A stretch of DNA of 64,000 nucleotides from Terriglobia bacterium (GTDB taxonomy: Bacteria > Acidobacteriota > Terriglobia > 20CM-2-55-15). Of this stretch, positions 39,906-48,812 are shown in pieces; position 1 is the first letter of the stretch; the number at the start of each line of letters is the position of its first letter. The notes beneath the pieces are model-generated. The model was not told the DNA's origin and made no database searches. It saw nothing but the letters and a program-made list of their open reading frames with translations. The translations under genes were made by a program, and so were the position numbers. The stretch is taken from positions 1 to 64,000 of the forward strand of contig CAXWPJ010000004.1 of NCBI GenBank assembly GCA_963664115.2, given 5' to 3'.

Positions 39906-40142
39906 ATGTCAGCGACAGCAACACAGACGGTCACAGGCGATGCCTTGCGAGGGGCGGAGGACCTACGGGAAGAGTTGGCCACAACCAGCAACCAACTCGT
40001 AGAACTCATGAAGCAATATCGCGACCCCGAGCGGAGTCTTGAAGAGAAGATAAGGTTGAACATCCGCCGCAGCGAGTTGGAGTCATACGCTGCCGGTTTG
40101 CGCTACGCCCTGGGCGGCGCTCCAAGGGAAGAGCGAGTCTAG
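39906..40142 (+). CDS. Small hypothetical coiled-coil protein
   Basis: RBS ggag; 78 aa; its TAG stop is part of the IS1380 CTAG target. Confidence 0.6.
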   Translation: MSATATQTVTGDALRGAEDLREELATTSNQLVELMKQYRDPERSLEEKIRLNIRRSELESYAAGLRYALGGAPREERV

Positions 40143-41991
40143 GCCCTGAACAAGCGTGATTGACGAGGAAATGATAGTGCAATAAGAGCGGAAGTACCCG
40201 AAATGCCCCCTCTCCGTGCGAAAAAAACCTTGAACAGATTCTTCGGAAAAGGAGGCATTTCAGATGAACGATTATACGCGCAAGAACATGAGGAACCGCA
40301 AGCGGCGAATCGAACGTCGGCTTGGGGACCGGCATTGGACGGATCAGGTAGAGCCGATGTTTTCGGCGAGCAACATTCAGTACGAGATGGGAGAGCGGAC
40401 GCGGGGCACATCGGTTGGTGGTATCGGGACGATGCAACTGGTGGCGCGGCGGACCGGGCTGATCGAAGCCATCGACAAGGGCGTGCATGTGTTGAAGCGG
40501 CACCTGCCGTATCACGAGTCGGATCACGTGCTGAACATCGCCTACAACGCCTTGAGCGGAGGAACGTGCCTGGAAGACATCGAACTGCGGCGCAACGATG
40601 CGGTGTATCTGGATGCGCTGGGAGCGCAACGGATTCCGGATCCGACGACGGCGGGAGACTTCTGCCGGAGATTCGAGGCCGACGACGTGGAGTGTCTGAT
40701 GGAGGCAACCAATCAAGTCCGGCTCGGAGTCTGGCGACAGCAACCGGCGGCGTTTTTCGAAGAAGCGGTGTTGGACGCGGACGGGACACTGGCCGAAACC
40801 ACGGGGGAATGCAAGCAAGGGATGGACGTGGCCTACGACGGGACGTGGGGATATCACCCGCTGATGATCTCGCTGGCCAACACCGCCGAACCGCTGTATC
40901 TGGTCAATCGTAGCGGCAACCGGCCGTCGCATGAAGGAGCCGCGGTCCGGTTCGACCAAGCCATCGCATTGTGCCGGCATGCGGGGTTTCGCCAGATCCT
41001 GCTGCGCGGGGACACGGACTTCAGCCAGACCCGGCATCTGGACGGATGGGACGACCAGCAGGTGGGTTTCATATTCGGGATTGACGCGATGGCGAACCTG
41101 AAGGCCCGGGCCGATGAACTGGAGCCGCGCCAGTGGAAGCGCCTGGAACGGCCCGCGAAATACGACGTGGCGACCGAACCGCGCCAACGTCCCGACAACG
41201 TGAAGGAAGAGATCGTTCGGCAGCGCGGTTTCGACAATATCCGCTTGCAGGGTGAGGATGTGGCCGAGTTTCGGTATCGACCCGGAGCCTGCGATCGGGA
41301 CTACCGTGTCGTCGTGGTGCGGAAGAATCTGTCGGTGGCCAAAGGAGAGCAGGTGTTGTTTGACGACATCCGGTACTTCTTCTACATTACCAACCGTTCG
41401 GATCCGGCCGACCAGATTGTGATGCGTGCCAATCAACGGTGCAATCAGGAGAATCTCATTGAGCAGTTGAAGAACGGCGTTCAGGCGTTGCGGATGCCGG
41501 TCGGAGATCAGACCAGCAACTGGGCCTACATGGTGATCGCGTCACTGGCCTGGACACTGAAAGCGTGGTTTGCATTGCTGCTTCCCGAAACCGGACGTTG
41601 GGGCCAAAAATATCAGGCTGAGAAGCAAACCGTGCTGCGCATGGAGTTCAAAACCTTCTTGAACGCTTTCATGCTTGTGCCGTGCCAACTCGTGCGCACC
41701 GGGCGGCGCATTCTGTTCCGGATCCTGGCCTGGAACCGGTGGTTGCCGGTCTTGTTCCGCGGGGTGGATGTGTTGCGTCAGCCTCTGCGATGTTGACCCG
41801 ATCATGACTCTGAGCCCGGGCGATCGAGGTCCCGGTTTCTGTCAACCGTCCAACACCAGCGAGGCTGAACTGAAACAGATTCAACAGAAACTCGATACCT
41901 GGAACAGGCCATCCGGGAACGGGATTCTATGCCTCGAATTCTATCGGCGCGAACTGGGCCTCGGCGGACTGGTTATGCGCTTGTTTTGGGC
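40143..41991 (+). mobile_element. IS1380-family element
   Basis: TIRs gccctgaacaagcg / cgcttgttttgggc; CTAG duplication at 40139-40142 and 41992-41995. Confidence 0.9.
40264..41796 (+). CDS. IS1380-family transposase
   Basis: GG.CLED, PDPTT..DF.RRF, LDADGT, GYHPL, LRGD.DF, R..QEN.IEQLK. Confidence 0.92.
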   Translation: MNDYTRKNMRNRKRRIERRLGDRHWTDQVEPMFSASNIQYEMGERTRGTSVGGIGTMQLVARRTGLIEAIDKGVHVLKRHLPYHESDHVLNIAYNALSGGTCLEDIELRRNDAVYLDALGAQRIPDPTTAGDFCRRFEADDVECLMEATNQVRLGVWRQQPAAFFEEAVLDADGTLAETTGECKQGMDVAYDGTWGYHPLMISLANTAEPLYLVNRSGNRPSHEGAAVRFDQAIALCRHAGFRQILLRGDTDFSQTRHLDGWDDQQVGFIFGIDAMANLKARADELEPRQWKRLERPAKYDVATEPRQRPDNVKEEIVRQRGFDNIRLQGEDVAEFRYRPGACDRDYRVVVVRKNLSVAKGEQVLFDDIRYFFYITNRSDPADQIVMRANQRCNQENLIEQLKNGVQALRMPVGDQTSNWAYMVIASLAWTLKAWFALLLPETGRWGQKYQAEKQTVLRMEFKTFLNAFMLVPCQLVRTGRRILFRILAWNRWLPVLFRGVDVLRQPLRC

Positions 41992-42122
41992 CTAGATCGG
42001 GGGAAATCTCGGTGATGGTCCGCTAGATTGGCCCTTGTGATATAAGACACTCAATGAATGTTTACAACATCGAAGATTTCAGGCCAGCGAAGACCGAAGC
42101 CCCCGCTGGCCTTCGGATCGAA

Positions 42123-42395
42123 TCAGGAAGCGAGCTTCTGATTGATCTGATCACTAGTAACCAGCAGGTTGTACCATGCCGTGTTGGACGGCACGATCTC
42201 GGCGACAAGAAGCCTGTCGTTCTTGTCCATAAACCTCATCAGGTCGTTGGCTATATCAAGCGCAAGCGAAGTGCTTCTCATTAGCCATGTGGATTGCTCC
42301 ACTCGAACAGCCTTCAATTGCTGTAGCCGTTCAATCAGACCATCATAGTTCTGTCCGGGTTTTCTTAGATCGTAAGTAACTTCATAAGGTTTCAT
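42123..42395 (-). CDS. Stand-alone Cas2/VapD-like ferredoxin-fold small protein
   Basis: Y.VTYDL..PGQNY..L...L, QSTW, D.ND.LLV; RBS aggaa. Confidence 0.65.
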   Translation of the reverse strand: MKPYEVTYDLRKPGQNYDGLIERLQQLKAVRVEQSTWLMRSTSLALDIANDLMRFMDKNDRLLVAEIVPSNTAWYNLLVTSDQINQKLAS

Positions 42396-42547
42396 TTTCC
42401 TGTCTTCCTAATTAAAGCCCATCCGCACTAAGACCACAGCGCGATCCGGGCGAACTTCGGGTAGAGAAGAGATTGACGGGATCACGCATACGGCGCTATG
42501 ATGGGAGAGTCTAATTACCATCTCCCGTCAACCTCGACGGATTTTCA

Positions 42548-42574
42548 AAGGTCCCCTGGCAGGGGGACCTTTTG
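42548..42574. terminator. Terminator-like hairpin, possibly bidirectional
   Basis: aaaggtcccct-ggca-gggggaccttttg. Confidence 0.6.
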
Positions 42575-42646
42575 CATTATACCCGATGTTTGTTCGGTGC
42601 TACTAATTGTGGCTAGAATTGGGCCGAACGCTACCTGTTGGGCTTT

Positions 42647-42770
42647 TTAGCTCTCGATCAATTCGTTCAGCGTCCAAACGTGATCAGTGAGTCCCGCTTC
42701 CATCGCTGGGGGATTCTTCCGATCATTGCGACCGTTGGCATCGCCATTTTTGGTAGTGTCCTAATTTCGA
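42647..42770 (-). pseudogene. IS1-family-like remnants: transposase C-terminus and a terminal-repeat-like end
   Basis: Minus strand PAMEAGLTDHVWTLNELIES* at 42647-42709; ggtagtgtcctaatttc at 42752. Confidence 0.55.
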
Positions 42771-42885
42771 TTCCGGGTTGAAGCACCCAGAATATACCCA
42801 GCGATTGCCGATAGAAGAGCAATTATCGCCGCGCCTTCGACCACACCCACAAACGCCAGAACTGCGCCGGTCCCCGCGATCATGG

Positions 42886-44270
42886 GAGTTATTGTCAAAA
42901 GTGGTGTTTAGGAGATTGATTCAAGCGGCGGCCTGATCGACTTGTGTCGCTTCGACACCATCGTTGAATTTCACTCCGATGATTACCTTGCTCAGATCAT
43001 CGAATCCTCGTAATCGTCGCCAATTGTTCTCAGCGCACTGGCCCAGTTTGAACATCATGTGCAGCATGCCATCCCGTGTCAGGCAACCTCTGGATCGCTT
43101 CGTTCGGTGTCGAATGGTGGCAAAGGTCGACTCAATGGGATTCGTCGTTCTGATGCTCTGCCAGTGCTTGGCCGGAAAGTCGTAAAAGGCCAGCAGTTCC
43201 TCTCTGTCTTTCTGCAGGCAGAGTGTGGCTTTCGGATACTTCGGTTCATAGGTTTCAATGAACAAGTCGAATGCCTTCTCGGCGTCTGCCTTCGTCTCGG
43301 CCTGCCAGATCGAGTGCAGGGCCTGTTTCGCCTTCGCCTGGACCGACTTGGGCAGGCAGTTGAGGACGTTCATGACTTTGTGCATCCAGCAACGTTGTTG
43401 ACGTGTCTCGGGATAGATTTCCTCCAGTGCGGCCCAGAACCCCATCGCACCGTCACCGATGGCCAACTTCGGAACATTCATCCCACGGGACTTCAGCTTC
43501 AACAAGACCTCGCGCCAACTCTGTGTCGATTCCCGTACACCGTCTTCGATCGCCAGGAAACGCTTCTCTCCGCGTTCATTCACGCCGATCACGACCAATG
43601 CACACAACTTGGTTTGTTCCGCCCGAAGTCCGCTGTAGATGCCGTCGGCCCAGACATAGACCCAGCGATCTGCATCCAAACGCTCCTCGCATCCGAGGCG
43701 GTACTGTTCGCCCCAAACCTGTTTCAACCGCGATACCGTGCTCGCCGACAGACCCTGCGCCTGGGGACCGACAAGAACTTTTAGGGCCTCACCCATCTCG
43801 CCGCTGGAAACGCCTTTCAAATACAACCACGGCACCGCTGCTTCCAGCGACTTCGTCTTCCGAATGTACGGTGGTACCAGGGCCGATCGGAACGTCACAG
43901 CTTCGCCCGTCTTGGCACGGACCTTCGGGATTTGGACTGTTACCGGACCCAATCCCGTCTGCAGTTCGCGTTCCGGCAGATAACCGTTGCGTACCACCCC
44001 GGCGTTTCCTGTCTCAGTTCGCCGGCCACCGTGCTGGGATAGCAGCTCTGCCAATTCGGCTTCCACTGCGCGTTGGATCAGTTGCTGTGCCCCAACTCGT
44101 AGTAGTTCTGTTACTGGATCCTCAATCGTTTCTCGACCTTCCGGTCCATTCACGTTACTCTTGCTCACAGTGGCGTATCTCCTATGGTTGCTTTGAAGTT
44201 TTGTCACAACAAATCAACCAGATACGCCGCTCTTATTCAATCCCTCAAACACCAGATTCGGTTATAACTC
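42886..44270 (-). mobile_element. IS256-family element, different subtype from 20841-22461
   Basis: TIRs gagttat-N9-tggtgttt at both ends; no TSD; truncates the adjacent gene. Confidence 0.85.
42921..44168 (-). CDS. IS256-family transposase
   Basis: GTG start after aggaga; VRNGYLPER, LYLKGVS, WADG, GDGAMGFW, QRCW.HK, RTTNPIESTF. Confidence 0.95.
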   Translation of the reverse strand: MSKSNVNGPEGRETIEDPVTELLRVGAQQLIQRAVEAELAELLSQHGGRRTETGNAGVVRNGYLPERELQTGLGPVTVQIPKVRAKTGEAVTFRSALVPPYIRKTKSLEAAVPWLYLKGVSSGEMGEALKVLVGPQAQGLSASTVSRLKQVWGEQYRLGCEERLDADRWVYVWADGIYSGLRAEQTKLCALVVIGVNERGEKRFLAIEDGVRESTQSWREVLLKLKSRGMNVPKLAIGDGAMGFWAALEEIYPETRQQRCWMHKVMNVLNCLPKSVQAKAKQALHSIWQAETKADAEKAFDLFIETYEPKYPKATLCLQKDREELLAFYDFPAKHWQSIRTTNPIESTFATIRHRTKRSRGCLTRDGMLHMMFKLGQCAENNWRRLRGFDDLSKVIIGVKFNDGVEATQVDQAAA

Positions 44271-46544
44271 GGCATGAACCTTTGCCACCCCGGTCATTTC
44301 GGCTTTCAGTGCCGCGTCCTCATTAGGCAGCTCAGTGCGGACCTTGACGAACCGTTCGGTGCCGATGGTTTCCGCTACTGGTGCGATAAAGTCCACGCGT
44401 CCTTGGAAGTCGCGCGCGGGATAGGACCGGACCTTCAGCATGACCGGGCTGCCGGGGTGGACGTCGGCCATTTCCTTTTCCGGAACCAGCATCTCGGCAG
44501 AAACGCGGTCCACATCCACGATCCGGGCCAGCTCGTCGCCGGGCAAGAGGTGACTGTGCAACAGGCGTTCGACGAACGGCGTGACGACGGTTCCCGAGAT
44601 CGGGGCGCGGATCGTGCTCTTCTTGACCTCCTCGTCCAGGATCTTTCGCTGAGATTCCAGCGTCCGGACTTCGGCTTGCCGTTGCTGGATTTCTTCGGAC
44701 CTGAATCCGGCCCTCAGGAGAACTAACGCACTCCGGGACTCAGCCAGCTCCCGCTCCTTGAGGTCTTCTTCGCGGTCGTTGGATTCGGTCAGGATGTCGA
44801 GCGAAGTGGCGGTTTCGGCCACCGCACTCCTCTGAATTTCGAACTCCGTTTCGGCTTTCTCCATGTCGACACGCGGGCCCAGCCCCTCTTCGAACAGATC
44901 GCGCGTTCGGCCAAATTCAATCTCAGCCAGGCGCAGTTCCGTCTGTTCGCGCACCAGGCCTTGCTCCAGCTGGGTACGTTGCTGTAGGTTGCGCCGGACG
45001 TTGGTCAGCTCGGTTTCTTTCGTGGCCACCAACCGTTCTGCGCGGTCCACTTCTTCGGCCCGCGGCCCGGCCACCAAGAGCGCCAGCTCGGCCTGCTTCT
45101 GTTCCAGCTGGCCATTGATGAGAGAGAGATCGCGATCCTTGTCAAAGTCGTACAGCACGGCGATGACGTCGCCTGCCTCGACGCGGCTGCCTTCACGGAC
45201 CATGATTTCAGCCACGGTGCCCTCAGTCTCCGAACGGACGACGGCCTCCTGTCGCGGAAGGATGCGGAAGTCCGACGCAATCCTCAGCTCCCACGGGATG
45301 ACAAAGGTCGCCAGCAAAAGCACAAAGGCGATTCCCAGGTTGCGGTATTTCTTGAAAGCGGCCCGTGCCACCAGGGCCTTCGCCCCTGCGACGGGTTCGG
45401 TGGCGGTGCGCTTGATGGTGAGACCTGAAAACATAACAAAGCCGACCAACCCGGCAAAAGCGAAGTACGAGGTGGCCAGTATGAAGATGTTAACGTAAAC
45501 CACCGTAAGCAGTAACGTTGAAAAGGTCAGCGATATCCCGCCGTAGAGGAGCAGGGCCCGGCGGTGAGCACCGGTGAGCAAGGGTTCGGCCTTGCCCGCG
45601 ATCCAGGCGTGGACGGCCTGAAAGGCTTTGGCGCGGAGGTTTGGGATCTCCAGGTAGTCGCTCAGTATGTAGTAGCCGTCCAGCTTGATCAGGGGATTGA
45701 AGTTGAACAGCGTTCGGAGTCCGGCGAACAAGATAATGATCAGCGCGATCTGGCCGATGAGGGTGTCTTCCGCCGCAATGCGCCAGACGATGAGCGCCAG
45801 GCCCCATATCACCAGCTGGAAGTAGCCGCCTGCAAACGTCACCCACATCCTGTCCCGTCGCTTGGGAAACATCCACGAATCGCTGACGTCGCAGAAAAGG
45901 GCCGGGGCAAAGTAGATCAGCATGAAACCCAGCTTACGCACTTTGCCACCGAAGTAACGGCAGGTCAGACCGTGCGCAAATTCGTGCAAGGTCACCACGC
46001 ACACTACGACCATCCAGATCATCAGGAAGCCATACACGCTGATCAACGACGTCATCTGGTTACCCAGTCGGTTGCCGTTGGAAAAGCTGATGAAGAATCC
46101 GGTGAGGATGATCAGGACCGCGAAGACGTGGAACGTCGGAGTGAAGCACCAGCGGACCTTGGGAAACAGCCATTCGAAGACGCGTTCGGCATCGAGGGAA
46201 AAGAGCTGGTAGTACAGAAGGTTTTGGTCTTTCGATTTTCTAGCCTTGTATTCGGCGATCTCTTCGAGGACCTGGGGTGTGTCGAGCAGTTGCTTCTGTT
46301 CAAGGGAGTGGATCAGGCCCTCGAGCGATTTGGCCTTGACGGGCACGCCGAAGCGGGCCGCGGCGGCCTTCGCCAGCGATTCCAGATCGATCGGCTCGCG
46401 GATCAGTTCGAGAATGATGCCCTGGTTCTCGGTGAAGCGCAGATAGCGATTCGTCACCGGATCCTTCACGACGACGTAATTGATGCCGTGTTGGGTCTGG
46501 TTCGAGAACTCCAGTTCGGTCCGCAGGCTGTAAAGCGCTGACAT
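44262..46544 (-). CDS. Site-2 (M50) membrane metalloprotease fused to an HlyD-type adaptor, with PqqD-like N-terminus; last residues cut by IS256
   Basis: VVKDP...Y.RF, HEFAHG, FN.NPL.KLDGYY, V.EG.RV.AGD, coiled coil, IRAPISG.V, G.V..IAP, L..EMTG.AK then IS end at 44270. Confidence 0.88.
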   Translation of the reverse strand: MSALYSLRTELEFSNQTQHGINYVVVKDPVTNRYLRFTENQGIILELIREPIDLESLAKAAAARFGVPVKAKSLEGLIHSLEQKQLLDTPQVLEEIAEYKARKSKDQNLLYYQLFSLDAERVFEWLFPKVRWCFTPTFHVFAVLIILTGFFISFSNGNRLGNQMTSLISVYGFLMIWMVVVCVVTLHEFAHGLTCRYFGGKVRKLGFMLIYFAPALFCDVSDSWMFPKRRDRMWVTFAGGYFQLVIWGLALIVWRIAAEDTLIGQIALIIILFAGLRTLFNFNPLIKLDGYYILSDYLEIPNLRAKAFQAVHAWIAGKAEPLLTGAHRRALLLYGGISLTFSTLLLTVVYVNIFILATSYFAFAGLVGFVMFSGLTIKRTATEPVAGAKALVARAAFKKYRNLGIAFVLLLATFVIPWELRIASDFRILPRQEAVVRSETEGTVAEIMVREGSRVEAGDVIAVLYDFDKDRDLSLINGQLEQKQAELALLVAGPRAEEVDRAERLVATKETELTNVRRNLQQRTQLEQGLVREQTELRLAEIEFGRTRDLFEEGLGPRVDMEKAETEFEIQRSAVAETATSLDILTESNDREEDLKERELAESRSALVLLRAGFRSEEIQQRQAEVRTLESQRKILDEEVKKSTIRAPISGTVVTPFVERLLHSHLLPGDELARIVDVDRVSAEMLVPEKEMADVHPGSPVMLKVRSYPARDFQGRVDFIAPVAETIGTERFVKVRTELPNEDAALKAEMTGVAKVHAEL

Positions 46545-46565
46545 CTCTTTACCTTATATAACAAG

Positions 46566-46595
46566 AAGACCCTGCGAATCGCTTCGCAGGGTCTT
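46566..46595 (-). terminator. Terminator downstream of the cold-shock gene
   Basis: 13-bp stem aagaccctgcgaa / ttcgcagggtctt. Confidence 0.75.
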
Positions 46596-46625
46596 GTTTT
46601 CTGGTAGAAACAGAATTTGAGCCGT

Positions 46626-46835
46626 CTATTCGGGCAAAGTCACGTTTTCGGCCTGAAAGCCTTTGGGTCCTTCCGTGATGGTGAATTCGACGTCTTCGCC
46701 TTCTTTCAAGGTCCGGTACCCCTCGGACTCGATCGCCGAATAGTGGACAAACACGTCCCCACCGCTGGCCCGTTCAATGAAACCGAAACCCTTTTTATTG
46801 TTGAACCACTTGACCTTGCCTATTTCCTTACTCAT
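46626..46835 (-). CDS. cspA: Cold-shock protein
   Basis: [30 protein letters not shown]. Confidence 0.95.
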   Translation of the reverse strand: MSKEIGKVKWFNNKKGFGFIERASGGDVFVHYSAIESEGYRTLKEGEDVEFTITEGPKGFQAENVTLPE

Positions 46836-47098
46836 GGCTCTACACTCCTTTTACTTATGTAACTGTTTCTTGTCCGGCCGAACGGCGTACGAAAAGGTGG
46901 GCTGTCGAGGAGATTCGGTTTCAGCAGACCGCTCTTTTCTTCGTCTTTTTTAGCCGTAAAGTGTGGACCGCCGCATTATATCTTAGGCTCCAAAGGTGTC
47001 AACTCAATACGGATTTTCCCATCGACTCACACGGAATGCATCCGTTCAAAGTCGTGCGTCTTCAGTTTCGGCAGTAAGTTCGGGCGAATTTTTGTGGT

Positions 47099-48181
47099 TC
47101 AGAGAAACAGTGTGCAGTCGCCGTAACTGTAGAAGCGATAGCCGTGAACGATTGCATGTTGGTAGGTGTCAAGAACCAGTTCTCGGGAGGCAAAGGCTGA
47201 AACCAGCAGGAGCAGGGTAGAGCGTGGCAGGTGGAAGTTTGTCAACAGGCCATCGACGGCGGCGAATCGGTGACCGGGAAGAATGTAGAGGTCGGTTTGC
47301 CCGGTCCCCGCACGGAATCGGTCGTGTTTCGCCAAGATGTGTTCGAGCGTGCGCGTTGTGGTCGTGCCCACGGCGATAATGCGCCGGCCTTCGGCTCGCG
47401 CCTCGTTCAACTGTTCCGCGGCCGATTCAGAGATTTCGAACCGCTCGGCTTTCAGCTGGTGTTGGGCCGGGTCATCGGTGCGCACCGGTATGAAAGTGCC
47501 GATACCGACATGCAATGTCAGCTCTGCAGTTCGAATGCCAGCGGCTTCGAGCGATGCAAATACGCTGTGGGAGAAGTGCAAGCCAGCCGTGGGTGCGGCG
47601 ATGGCGCCGTCTCGGTTGGCGTAAACGGTCTGGTAGTCGGTTTCGTCCGCAGACCGGTCATCCCGATCCATATAGGGCGGTAAAGGCAGGTGACCGTCTC
47701 TTTCAAGAATTTCGAGAATCGTTGGCCCGGAAGTATCGATCAGCGAAAGAGTCCGAAGCCCATGCACCCCCCGTTCACCCACTTCGAGAGCAACATTGTT
47801 CTCCAGGGCGATCCGATCGCCCTCGCGAACACGGCGGCCCGGATGAAGTAGTGCTTCCCAGGAGTGTCGGTCGATTGGGTCGGCGAACAGTAGTTCGACA
47901 CTCCGGCCGGTGCGCTCCAGGGTACCGAAGAGGCGGGCTTTCAAAACTCGGGTGTTGTTCAGAACCAGCAGGTCGCCCTGTTTGAGGTGGGTTGCCAATA
48001 CGTCAAACGTCGAATCTGTCCAGGTTCTGCGAGTCCGGTTCACCACCAGCAATCGGGACCGGTCCCGTGGGCGTGCGGGCGTTTCGGCGATACGATTGCT
48101 CGGTAAATCGTATTCGTAATCGGCCAGCGACATGGGGGTCCGCACGCTATCCGAGCTATTATCAGTCTTGTCAGGGTCCAT
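47099..48181 (-). CDS. queA: S-adenosylmethionine:tRNA ribosyltransferase-isomerase (start may be 48133)
   Basis: DY.LP...IA..P, N.TRV..ARL, PLPPY, YQTVYA..G..AAPTAGLHF, TNFHLPRSTL, YRFYSYGD. Confidence 0.97.
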   Translation of the reverse strand: MDPDKTDNSSDSVRTPMSLADYEYDLPSNRIAETPARPRDRSRLLVVNRTRRTWTDSTFDVLATHLKQGDLLVLNNTRVLKARLFGTLERTGRSVELLFADPIDRHSWEALLHPGRRVREGDRIALENNVALEVGERGVHGLRTLSLIDTSGPTILEILERDGHLPLPPYMDRDDRSADETDYQTVYANRDGAIAAPTAGLHFSHSVFASLEAAGIRTAELTLHVGIGTFIPVRTDDPAQHQLKAERFEISESAAEQLNEARAEGRRIIAVGTTTTRTLEHILAKHDRFRAGTGQTDLYILPGHRFAAVDGLLTNFHLPRSTLLLLVSAFASRELVLDTYQHAIVHGYRFYSYGDCTLFL

Positions 48182-48289
48182 CTTTGATTCGGCGGCTTGG
48201 CGACGATTTACTGATTGAATAATATAAGTATATCATTTCAAATAACATACCGGATAGCTCAGGGTGAGGACTCATCGGTAATTTTCTAT

Positions 48290-48319
48290 ATTGACATTAA
48301 ACGACTCAGGTTTTATTAT
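48290..48319 (+). promoter_or_regulatory. Sigma70 promoter of hsp20-clpB with an overlapping HAIR-like operator
   Basis: TTGACA-17 bp-TATTAT; aTTGAca-N7-ACTCAgG versus HspR consensus CTTGAGT-N7-ACTCAAG. Confidence 0.6.
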
Positions 48320-48347
48320 ATGTGGAGACTAACTTTTAGAGGAGGAC

Positions 48348-48797
48348 ATGATGATGGCAGTCATTCGATGGGATCCCTTTCGAGACCTCAATACCTTGCA
48401 GGACAGGATGAATCGGCTCTTCGAGGATGCAAACCGCGGATCGAGGTCTGAAGACGCTTCGAGCACCACCGCGTGGAGTCCCGCCGTCGACATTCACGAA
48501 ACCGACGTGGAGATCGTCGTCAAGGCAGAGCTTCCAGGAATGGACCGAAAGGATATCGAGCTGAATCTGGAGAACAACGTGCTCACGCTTAGGGGAAACC
48601 GCGAGTTCGAGAAGGAGGACAAGGACGAAAACTATCACCGCATCGAGCGTGCTTATGGCGGATTCAGCCGATCCTTCTCGATTCCGGCCGTTGTGGACGA
48701 CGCGAAGATCCGGGCCGACTACAAGGAAGGCGTATTGACGATCGCTCTTCCGAAAACGCAGAAGGCGAAGCCAAAGCAAATCAAGATCGAAAGCTGA
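48348..48797 (+). CDS. Hsp20/alpha-crystallin small heat-shock protein
   Basis: RWDPFRDL, W.PAVDI.E, ELPG, RIER.YG.F.RSF, A.Y..GVL.I.LPK, IxI tail. Confidence 0.95.
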   Translation: MMMAVIRWDPFRDLNTLQDRMNRLFEDANRGSRSEDASSTTAWSPAVDIHETDVEIVVKAELPGMDRKDIELNLENNVLTLRGNREFEKEDKDENYHRIERAYGGFSRSFSIPAVVDDAKIRADYKEGVLTIALPKTQKAKPKQIKIES

Positions 48798-48812
48798 CCG
48801 AGGCCGAATACT

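Noticed and set aside
41996-42900. CRISPR-Cas locus suggested by the Cas2-like gene
   Set aside because: No repeat-spacer array, cas1 or effector gene seen anywhere in the window.
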